Origin: Amphiscolops sp. MND2022
Lineage: Eukaryota
DNA: 64,000 nucleotides
Direction of reading: 5' to 3'
Assembly: GCA_964187785.1 (NCBI GenBank)
Contig: OZ076411.1
Location: 34,968,001 to 35,032,000 of the forward strand
The notes beneath the pieces are model-generated. The model saw only the letters and a program-made list of their open reading frames with translations. It did not search any database and was not told where the DNA came from. Below, in pieces: positions 9,900 through 19,722 of the stretch; positions within the stretch are counted from its first letter, which is position 1, and every line of letters begins with the position of its first letter. The translations under genes were made by a program, and so were the position numbers.

Positions 9900-10170
9900 G
9901 AAATTTTGGTATCCGCCTTGAGGTATTTGAAAAATGGAAACTAGTTGTACCTAAAATACACTAAAATACACGAAAGAGCTGTGTGTGGAATTTGATGTAG
10001 AAATGATAAGGTCTCCGTTGCAGTCAGCAGTATGCTTGAAGTGAGTTTTCCGGAACCAAATTTTGGTATCCACCATGAGGTAAATGAAAAATGAAAGCTA
10101 GTTATACCTAAAGGTATGTGTGTATAACTAGGTAACTAGCAGGAACTGTGTGTGAAATTTTGATGCCCAC
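9900..10170 (+). repeat. ~157-bp tandem duplication carrying TTTTGGTATCC(A/G)CC.TGAG
   Basis: 9904-9955 and 10061-10112 align (TTTTGGTATCC.CC.TGAGGTA...GAAAAATG.AA.CTAGTT.TACCTA). Confidence 0.8.
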
Positions 10171-10414
10171 TATGATTCAATCAAAGTATGAAAAAATAAC
10201 AGCCAAACTAAAGCGGTAAAACGGTGCGTGATTGCGGTAAAAACTCACTGGGAATAATTTGTCAAAAGAAGAAATTCTGAATCCTTCTTTTTGTGACACT
10301 TGCTGATTCTGAAAAAGTTTCTCATTTCAAAACTGAACTCGTGAAGGAAGGGCACTGAAGTACATGAACTCCACTTTTTTCGATGGTTGATAGTTTTTGT
10401 GAGTTGGTATTGAA

Positions 10415-10750
10415 ATAATTCAGTGAAATAATTAGGTGAAGAAATTCAGTGAAATAATTCAGTGAAATAATTCAGTGAAATAGTTCAGAGAAATAACTCA
10501 GTGAAATAATTCAGCGAATTCCACTAAATACTGCAGTGGAAATAATTAGGTGAAATAATTCAGTGAATTCCACTAAAACACTGCAGTGTGAGTTGGTATT
10601 CAAATAATTCAGTGAAATAATTAGGTGAAATAATTCAGTGAAAAAATTCAGTGGAATAATTCAGTGAAATATTTCAGTGAAAAAATTCAGTGAATTCCAC
10701 TAAATACTGCAGTGGAAATAATTAGGTGAAATAATTCAGTGAATTCCACT
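10415..10750 (+). repeat. Minisatellite of ~13-bp GAAATAATTCAGT units with higher-order duplication
   Basis: Roughly 20 variant copies. The block GAATTCCACTAAATACTGCAGTGGAAATAATTAGGTGAAATAATTCAGTGAATTCCACTAAAACACTGCAGTG occurs at ~10516 and ~10692. Confidence 0.9.
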
Positions 10751-10754
10751 AAAA

Positions 10755-11035
10755 CACTGCAGTGGAGTCCACTGCAGCTGATAGTGGATTCCACTGCGGC
10801 CATCGGTGGAGTCCACTGCAGCGTTCAGTGGAATCCACGACAGTGTTTTGTGGAATCCACTGCAAGATCCGAATGTTTAAGGTATTTGATAGTGGAATCC
10901 AATGCTTTGCAGCGAAATTCGCTGCAGAAAAATCGCCAAAAGAGTGGAATCGACTGCAACGTAATAGCATTTGTTAGTGGATTACGCTGCACGCTTTCCA
11001 AAACTGCCGTCCAGCGAAATCCACTGCAAATTTTC
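10755..11035. repeat. Cluster of palindromes CTGCAGTGGA-n-TCCACTGCAG and variants
   Basis: Perfect 10-bp arms at 10757-10777, with further degenerate GTGGAnTCCAC copies up to ~11035. Confidence 0.8.
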
Positions 11036-11189
11036 AAAATACCCACTTTTGGCACTGTAATGTTGAAAACATTTAACATGCCCGTATTCATCTCGATATC
11101 ATTATCACTGCAGAACAAGTTCAAATGAAAAAACTATTGAAGAAACGCCACGAAATTTCAACTAATGAAGGTGTTGCTAAAAACGACCT

Positions 11190-13790
11190 ACGTATTCGAA
11201 ATTTGGGGCTTTTCCATGGACCCAATGAAATTAAAGTCAACTGGCTACAAACCACCATCCTATCTACGCTGAATAATGCCCATATTCTAATATCTGCTCC
11301 ACAACGTCATAGGCTGGACTCTACCTTCATCAAACGCAACCTGTCCTAATATTTGTAAGCGGCACCTGGCTTTACAACGATATCGAAGACGATGAGTTGT
11401 TTCCACATTCGAATTATAGACTAATTGATAGAAATGACAGAAAATCTGGTGAACATGGTGGTATATTAGTTGTCAAGGATAAAAACTCCTGCTTAAAAGT
11501 CATCCACAAAATTCACTACGGCGATTTCAGCTCTTCTTGTTTACTTCAACATGGATACAAATACGTCGCTTTTATTCTTATTTACACCCAACAACATCCG
11601 ACTATCGTATTGCTCTCGATCAATTGCTGTTCTCTTTTGAGTTTCATTTGGAGCAAATACGAAGGAACGCACTATCAAATCAGCTCAAAAGTTTTGTACT
11701 AAGTGAATTCAACCTACCTACAGCCTTCGACAATTTCTCCAATTATGAACATTCAATCTTCACACGTTTTTTGAACAAAAAGATTTTGCGCAGATGGTCG
11801 AAAATCCTACACATAAGTCAGGTAGCACTTTGGACTAATCTTCACTAACTCAACAGCCTTCAACACCTATCCCTCGTCTTCGTTATACTCCGATCATTAT
11901 GCAGTCCTTGGCGAGTTCGCTCGCCTTAATGACCCTCAAAATAATAGTCACTATCCTCGACCGTTCTCAAGTAGCAGTCTTAACAAGGAATTGTTCAATG
12001 CCTTATCAGACAGTCTTTACAAAAGAAAGTACTGCAACCCACAGCCCGGTTTCCTTAACCATTTCACAAGCAACATTCTATCTTGCCTTCCCCTCTGTTG
12101 CTCCAAGAAGTCTAAACGACGCATGGAATTGCCTTCTTATTATTCATCTCACTCAATACATATTTGTAATAAAATCAGAACGGTAAAATCCAAACTGAAC
12201 ATGTCGCCTTATCTCTTGGCGAAGCTGGAAAATGATCTCAACGTCAGTGTAACCCTAGACAGAACATTGATGTTCAACATTATACACACTAACTTACATC
12301 AACTCTGCTTTTATATATCTTCAAAGATTCAGGAAAAATGCAGATATTCCCTTAACTGTCTCCTACAAAGGAAAAATGCTCACTCTGATAATAGCATTGC
12401 AAAATTATTCATCAAATACTTTGAGTTTTTAAATCTGCAACTCAGTCCTTCTTAGTACCGACAGTTAAAGAGTCAATTTTCCTTGCAGACATCGTCATCC
12501 TTCCTTCAACCGTTTCTGAACTTCTGGGTAAATGCAAATTCTCATTGAGTGCTGACCCTATTCCACCTTTCGTGTACCATGACTGTGCTGAAGTTATTGC
12601 ATCACTAGTTTGTCAAATTTAAAACGACGTGATAAAATGCTGTACATGGCCTGATGAATGAAAATGTAAATTCATCACACACATTCTTCAATCTGGAAAA
12701 TCCAATGACGTTTAAAACTATCGCCCAATCAGTATCCTACCTCCTTTATCTCTCATTCTGGAGAAAATATTGTTCATGTTCTTGTACCCGAAATTATCAA
12801 CCCTCCTAAAAAGCTGTCAACATGGTTGTAGAAAACGACGCTTGATTAGTACGCAGTTGTTCACGTATTTAGAATCACTATACAGTATTGCTGACCGGAA
12901 CATGCATTCTGGTTCTATCTACTTCGATTTTTCCAAAGCATTCGACACTGTAGCTATTGATATTCTGCTACAAAAACTTTCCATTTTTGGTCTAGATGAT
13001 GGTTTTCCATACAATACTCATCATATTTACAAAATTGAGTGCAAAAGATAAAAGTCAGAAATAGCGTCTCGTCTGCAAAACACATTAGCAGTGGTGTTCC
13101 ACAAGGTAGCATTTTAGGTCCTCTGCTGTTCCTGATATATAATAACAATTTACCAGAACATATTAATTCTCAAGTCTACTTCTTTGCTAACGACCCCAAA
13201 ATACTGGGTAACGTTCCGAAAGTTTTTAATGCTGTCATTGGCCACTTTACCGACTGGAGTGGCACAAACAAGCTGAGTATCAACCTTCCAAAGTGTCAGT
13301 ACTTTGTTCAAGCTCTGTTTCCAAACAGCTCAACTGTCTTGGGTCCAAAATCGAAGAGTCTTCACAAGTTAAATATCTTGGTCTTTATATCTCCAAAAAT
13401 TTAACCTGGGACAAACACTTGAAGACGTAATTGGACGCATTTTACCGGAATTTTCACTTCATCATACGTACAGTTCTCTTCTTGGTCAACATCAATGTTA
13501 GGAAATCTTTAATCAACTCCTGCGTTATTGAATTGTTATTGTATTGTTTTCACTGTTGGTCACCTTCAATCATTTCACTGAAGAAATTATCTAGTATGCA
13601 TCGAATGTGTCGGTCTTCATGACAACCATCAGCGGCTCCAGATTTGCAATATCCTACCAATATCATTCTAAGTTATGTGCAGAGACGCAATGTTGTTCTA
13701 CGAACAATATAATGGTCTTTACGATCTACAGTTTTATGACTATTTCACTGTTTCAGCTGAAAGACGGCGTATCTACGTGACGCCTACCTA
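11190..13790 (+). mobile_element. Decayed non-LTR retrotransposon ORF2 (CR1/L2/Jockey-group), APE + RT
   Basis: APE remnants (FPHSNYRLIDRNDRKSGEHGGILV). RT remnants (QHGCRKRR..STQL, IYFDFSKAFDTV, SGVPQGSILGPLLFLIY, YFFANDPK for YADD). Many stops and frameshifts. Confidence 0.9.
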
Positions 13791-14039
13791 CAAGTTCAAG
13801 CAATGGAAATTCAACAGTACATAGATGGGGAAAAGTACCTAAACTATTTTAAACGCTTTGCAGGAGCAAAAACCTAGCAAAAACTGAACAATTTGATGTC
13901 AAAATTTTCGATCCATTATCGATCTTGCTTTTTGCTCACACAAAAACTCGATCCAAACATACCCCTCCTTCGGAGCTTCGTAAGAAGGAGTCCCAAGACC
14001 CCGAGCAATCCTCAATTACTGGTGAACTTTCTGAATTGT

Positions 14040-14498
14040 GTCCAGTTTGTGGAATACCAGTTTGTAGAATTCTACAAACTGGTCCTAGGTGGTCCAGTTT
14101 GTAGAGTTCTTTTTTCTACAAACTGGACATCCTTTACTCGAGATCCTGAGAGCTCAACCGCCTAAAATTTAAAAGAATAAGATCTAAAAACTGAATTGTG
14201 GGGCTTATCCAGTGAATCCTCGCTCGCTCTCACCGTCGCAAAGACAAGCTTCCACTACGATCGCTTCGCGATATCTTTTCCCGCTAGGTTTTTGCTCCTG
14301 TGTTCGAACTCGCTCAGCAAGACTGTTTTTCTTCTTGTTTTTCTTCTTGAATTGATGATTTCTAAAAACTGGTATTCTACACTTTGGACCTAATTCAAAA
14401 TAATACCATGGTCCAGTTTGTAGTAAAAACAATTCTAAGAACTGGACCTCACATTTCTACAAACTGAATTCAACAAACTGGTGTTAGACAAACTGGTT
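14040..14498. mobile_element. MITE-like element with inverted termini and internal CCAGTTTGTAG repeats
   Basis: CCAGTTTGTGGAATACCAGTTTGTAGAATTC (14042-14072) is nearly the reverse complement of GAATTCAACAAACTGGTGTTAGACAAACTGG (14466-14496). More copies of the motif occur inside in both orientations. Confidence 0.65.
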
Positions 14499-14519
14499 CC
14501 ACACCATCTTTCCAGCCTA

Positions 14520-16660
14520 TTCAATGGAAATTCTAACGAGCAGTATGGAAGGCGAGATAATGTCAGAATATTCGGAGTGAAAGATGAAGCCGTCGAGTAT
14601 GTCTACCAAAAACTGTTGATGTTCTTATGGAAAAGAGACACCAACATTCAAAAACAGACATCAGCATATGTCACCGGGTACCTAGGAGAAACTTGAAAAA
14701 AATGAAGGGCGTCCTACTGTTGTGAAGTCAGACAATAGAAAAAAGGGCAGATGGCGAATAAAAAACCCTTGAGAGATTGTGAAGAGAAAAGCGATATCAA
14801 CGACATCACTTTGTTGAGGGTGCGATTAGCCAGAGCGTTGAGATTGCGAGTCGATATGTTAAATGAGGAAGTAGTCATTTATGAAACTGGTGATCCCAAA
14901 AATACTTTTGAGAATCTGTTCAAGTTATATGAATAGAATCCAGATTTCAAATATTCTGTTTGCAAGACGAGTTTACATTTTTGTTAGGGGGCCTTCTCAC
15001 TTATACACTGAAACCTAAAAAAATAACATCGTAAACTTGAAAAAAATTGGAAAAGTGCTACATTCGATTGGATTCTGCACCTAAAAGAGATATCAATCAA
15101 CATCTATTTTGAGGAATTGGAAACATAGGTAGAATCTTTTGGACTCAATAAACCATTCCTTGTTTGCTGCTCCGAAATGTGGATGGTTGAATCATCCGCT
15201 GAAGACCTTTATGTCTTAGATAATTATGCACCAATGAAATTTCAACCAGGAAAAACTAGAAATGATGGTGTGGCAATGTACTTGCATGCATCATTCTCTT
15301 TCGAGATAATAGAACTTGACAATAATTGTACCAATCAAAAAAGGGAAAAAAATATTGTAATTTGTTTATACAACACCCCTCGGTCAATAAACAATACTTC
15401 TTGGAGCACTTCCATGTTCATCTTGGCGGTCCTATGAGCAACTGTTTTTTTGTTGTTGACATGAATATCGATGTACTTGAAACATCAGCGACTGGTATTA
15501 GGTATTTGAACTCATTGAAATTGAATGGGTGTTATCAAAGGGTGGTATAAAAGAACCTACGCGTGTAGCAAGCTTGCAAAGTACAAGTTACAAAGTTTGC
15601 AAAATCGAATAAAACTTGGTTTGAAAAAGATGTAAAGGAAAGCAGATTCCGACGAATCTTCGCATTTGACAGATACAAACGATATCGCACTTCGTCTAAC
15701 AGAACTAAATACACGAAAAAGAGAAATCGTGTCTGTGAACTCCTGTGGTCGAAGAAACGATAATACTTTGATGATCGACTTACCTCCAATAATTCGCGAT
15801 ACTTCTCAGTTTTACGCTTTTCAGCCTCGATGGCGGTGGTTCCCGGGTTGCATAAGGAGCCTTCATTCAGGCCACAGGGTGCAAGAGCATTCACAACCGT
15901 CGGATCTTCAATTCGACTGAACGCTTTTTAAATGAATTGAATCGACTAATCGGTAGAAAGAAGAAGAACCGTAACCTCATAATTGCGGACAATGAAAACA
16001 AATTGAACAGAGATGATTTTGCCGTATCAAACTTGTTCAATGAGAAGTTCGTTCCAAAAACCAAAGCTTTAGCAGCTTGAATTCCTACTGTTCCATTCAC
16101 TACTGAAGGATTCGCTAATACTGAGAAGTCTCGTTTTTTCTATCCAACAGACTTCCAGGAAATTTGTAAAACTTTACGAACCCTAGGAACCATAAAGCTG
16201 CCGAATTAGATGGGCTGCTGACGTTTTAAAGGTTAGTCTTGATGTGATTCGTGATACACTGACCTACCTTGTCAACGAATCATTATCAAGTGGTGTCTTT
16301 GTGAAAGCTGCAAAAGTGGTTCCAGTCTTTAAGTCTGGGAGAAAGAGCAATTGTGAGAAGAATAGAACCATATCACCTTTATGAGATCTCGAGCAACTGT
16401 ATAAATTCAAGCAAGTAATCAATCGTTTCAATTACTGTCAATTCGGATTCAGATCAGAAATGAGTACACTGCATGCACTAACGGACATAACGGAACTGAT
16501 CCGGAAGAATACCCATCTTGACGGATCCTGTGTTAATAGATCTAAGTAAAGCGTTCGATAAAAAAATCATGAAGTCTTAATTTTCAAATTGGAAAGCTAT
16601 GGTGTGAGAATTATTTGCTTAGAATTGTTCAGGTTGCGTCTCAATGATCGTTCCCAATGC
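14520..16660 (+). mobile_element. Second decayed CR1-group LINE (ORF1 remnant, APE, 5' part of RT)
   Basis: ORF1-type EQYGRRDNVRIFGVK. APE remnants (CCSEMWM, PGKTRNDGVAMY, DMNIDVL, KEPTRV). RT remnants (KAAKVVPVFKSG, QFGFRSEMSTLHAL, DLSKAFD, KLESYGVR). Truncated at ~16660. Confidence 0.85.
15575..15915 (-). mobile_element. 3' fragment of a restriction-like-endonuclease (CRE-type) non-LTR element nested in the LINE
   Basis: Minus strand reads DPTVVNALAPCGLNEGSLCNPGTTAIEAEKRKTEKYRELL, matching the CRE-clade pattern D.T..DTLA.S....PG.AA..AE..K..KY..L. It interrupts the host LINE between APE and RT. Confidence 0.6.
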
Positions 16661-19330
16661 GTTGCTGTTTTTCATATGGTAAAAGTGGATAATGAACAAA
16701 AAAATGGACCGATCGTGTTGAACTGACGAACTGAAGCGAGTTAACATTTGAGTCCCTTTGAATAGGAAAATGACGTAACTGCGAGCAGTACGCCCGAATT
16801 CCTCTTTGTATTTGTTGGAAATTGCTTCTAGTGTGAGCCCTTCCTTCTTCTTCTCTCCCTTTTCTGCATCTGTTTTAGCCTTACAAGCAATGTCGAGCCG
16901 AGAGTCCAGTTCAGACCGTGACAGGAAGTCGGTTATGGTCAGAGCCTTGACGTCGGGGATCGAAAGTTTCAGGACTCCTTGATGATTGTTCTCGGCAGGA
17001 AGATTTGCGGGCCGAATACGTCTCCTTCCCACATTGAAGAGGAATTGACTCAGCTCACGATACACATGAAACCCTGGGTCGCGGCGCTGATTAAAATTTA
17101 AAGTGAAGCTGGTGGTGTAATCACGGACTAATCGATAAAATAGCTCCAAGCGGGTCGGAAAGACATCGTCATACACCTTGAACCAGTCCAGACTTTGCGG
17201 CTGTGACAACAGGAAACCCGCTTGATACCTTAAGTCCAAGAAACTAGATCATGTAGGAACATGCAAGATTTGTGAAACTGAACGCTAGACTCAAGGTCCT
17301 ACCGTCTACATGTCTGAATAGTAAAAAAAAGTCGTAGGGCCCTAGTGATTAAAGTGAATTCTACCTGTTTCCGGACTCCCTGCTTTTCAAGTGTAGCAGA
17401 GTTTTGCATGAAGTAATTGGTGACCTTTGTCCAGTGCTTCAGCAAATCCTTGCATAGCGTAGGCACACTGTTTATTTCCAACTGGCAAGTTCTAAGGGTA
17501 TACAATACAAACATGTTACAAAGGGAAGGAAGTTAGAGAAAACCAGTGATCATATAAAGTAGCAATAACCTTAGATAATTCTGGTGAAAGCATCACCCAT
17601 TTCAGCTCAAGACTTGACCCGAAGAATACGACACAATGAAGAACACTGCGAAGAAGTCTATACGCCCGAAGACACTAGAACTCATTTTGTGCATTAGGGT
17701 CCGCTTTTGAAGTTCTTCAAAGCATGGCGGATTTTGAACTGCATGTTGGCCGTATTGGCTTTTGTCCATTAGCTGTACAGTGTGAGATGTACTCCCGGTT
17801 CCTCTGACGATTTGCGGACCTGTTGAGATGGTACCGATCACGTGAGAAATCAAGGTAACTTCTGCTTGGCTCTGCCGTTGGGTCCTCCCAGTCCTCTTAA
17901 GGAATGCTCTGCACAGTTGGTCACCTTGCCAGAATCGTATGAACACGAGTAGGAAAATTCCATCACAGGCGAACTCCAATGCACATTCATTGTTTGCGAC
18001 CACGTGGTGTCCGACGTCATTGAGGATTGATTCTCTGATGAGGAAGACTTGTCGGCTCCAGCAGTGAACACATCATAGAAGGGGAGCTTTTCCCCAATGT
18101 CAATCAATTCCACATCCTTGAATTTCGGCAGCTCAAGGGCCAATTGATAGGGGGTAAGGAGCTTGCCGTCTCCGCCTCGGAGTTGGGGAACGCGGGCCTT
18201 TGTGATAGGGTCAATTTTATACTGATACTCGTACCTCCAGCGTTGGTCCTTTCTGAAATGCTTTTCGGTAGAGTGTCGGAGTATCTCCCGGGCCCCTTTG
18301 GAACAAACAGAAATGCTTGCCTTGCAGATCTGGCAGTAAAACTTGTACTTATTCCGTTTGGGATCTACAGGGCCAGAAACAAAGGTTCAAGTCAACTCCA
18401 TGCCTTTTAAGTAGGCTCCATGCCTTCCTTCATAAACTTACATGTCCTCGACTTATTCTTGCGCGTTCAAGAACCTCTATTTGATGTAGTTTTAAACCGT
18501 CCGTTTGGGTTTCTTACCCGTTGTTGGCAATCTTGCACGGCTTCTTGCTTCAATGCGGCTCGTGTTTGTGCTCCGGGACTGTCCGCATTGAAGGCAGCGT
18601 AAGCCGACCTGGGTCCATTTAACTACAAGTGGGCTGGGACAAAGACTGGGGCGGATCTATCATTACACCTGGCTCTGAGTAATTATACCAATAACCGAAG
18701 CTTCCATTGTAATCATTACTTCTTATAGCGCCGCTAGTGTCACTACAACCTCCAGATGACGAAACTTGATTACGACCTCCGATTGTGACTACGGAAAACC
18801 CTCTCCTCGCAGAACCCTTCATGTTGGTCTTACTTCCAACTGGCTCAGTAGTCAAGGACGAACGGATAGCACGATGGATCAAATTTTCAAACATGTCATA
18901 CGGTACTCGGGCTGTTTCATCTGTCACAACTTGTAACACAGTGGACATTTGGGAGTCTGTGGAAGCTATGGTCTGGTGTCAAGGCGGTAGACGGAAGGAA
19001 TTGCTGGCTGCAAAATACGCGTCAATTAGAGCGCGACTTCCGCCTCCTAAAGGTGTAATCCTAGGTTCAGCAGAAGGGTTAACAAGTGTGCCCACACTGG
19101 ACTGGTCGCTTGCTTCTGGAAGCAGACAGTGGATGGTGGGGTTCAAAGCATCCGCCAAGGTTGAACCGACATGCTGTCCAGATACATACTCAGAAACGTG
19201 TCCTGCTTCAGAATAACCGTAATTTTCAAATGGTTGTAAAATGGTTACCTGGTTGTCTTCCTCTTGAGCTGTTAAAGACTTCTTGTTTGATGTTTAGAGT
19301 TAGTTCTTTTGGGAGCACATAAGAAGTCGA
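16660..19330 (-). mobile_element. Unclassified coding repeat (family Y), copy 1, degenerate
   Basis: Peptides align with 56600-59300: FNQRRDPGFHVYRELSQF vs LNNKPDAGFYVFRQLSRF; PTLCKDLLKHWTKV vs PHLCHELLTHWTEV; LPP.HQTIASTDSQMSTVLQVVTDE vs LPKDHTTVAFREDQMYNLIRVACDE. No RT, integrase or transposase motif recognised. Confidence 0.65.
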
Positions 19331-19361
19331 GAAGTCCTAACAGAATATCGCTTGTTTGGCT

Positions 19362-19722
19362 AGCTAGTTCTAGTTTCACAGTTCTTTGAGATCTCAATCA
19401 GATTTTTCTAGTTTCTTTTCGAAAAAAAACATATTTAACAGATCAGCATCCAATTTCTCTTTTTTTTTCGGAGCGGTATATCGTTAGCAATTCCATCAAT
19501 GATTACAGGGATTAAATATAACTCTAATTATTCTAAAACGACAATATTAGGATTCTAAAGTGACACCAATAAGATCGAATACTAATGATGTTATCACCAA
19601 ATGTCAGCAATCTAATAATGAAGTCCTAAATTCGAAATGATGTGACATCTGTCGTACTATCTGAGTTAAAAAAATTATTTAATCATTTGAAAGTGTTTGA
19701 GGTCATGCATCATGGCATCACA
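19362..19722 (-). repeat. LTR-like repeat (putative 3' LTR, partial)
   Basis: Aligns with 43986-44360 from AGCTAGTTCTAGTTTCACAGTTCT to GGTCATGCATCATGGCATCACA and starts TG on the minus strand. No clear polypurine tract upstream. Confidence 0.65.

Noticed and set aside
10415-10750. Regular short repeats that could suggest a CRISPR array
   Set aside because: Units are adjacent with no unique spacers, there are no cas genes, and the context is eukaryotic. It is a minisatellite.
10739-11128. Overlapping ORFs on both strands
   Set aside because: They arise from palindromic, stop-poor repeats and have no protein motif.
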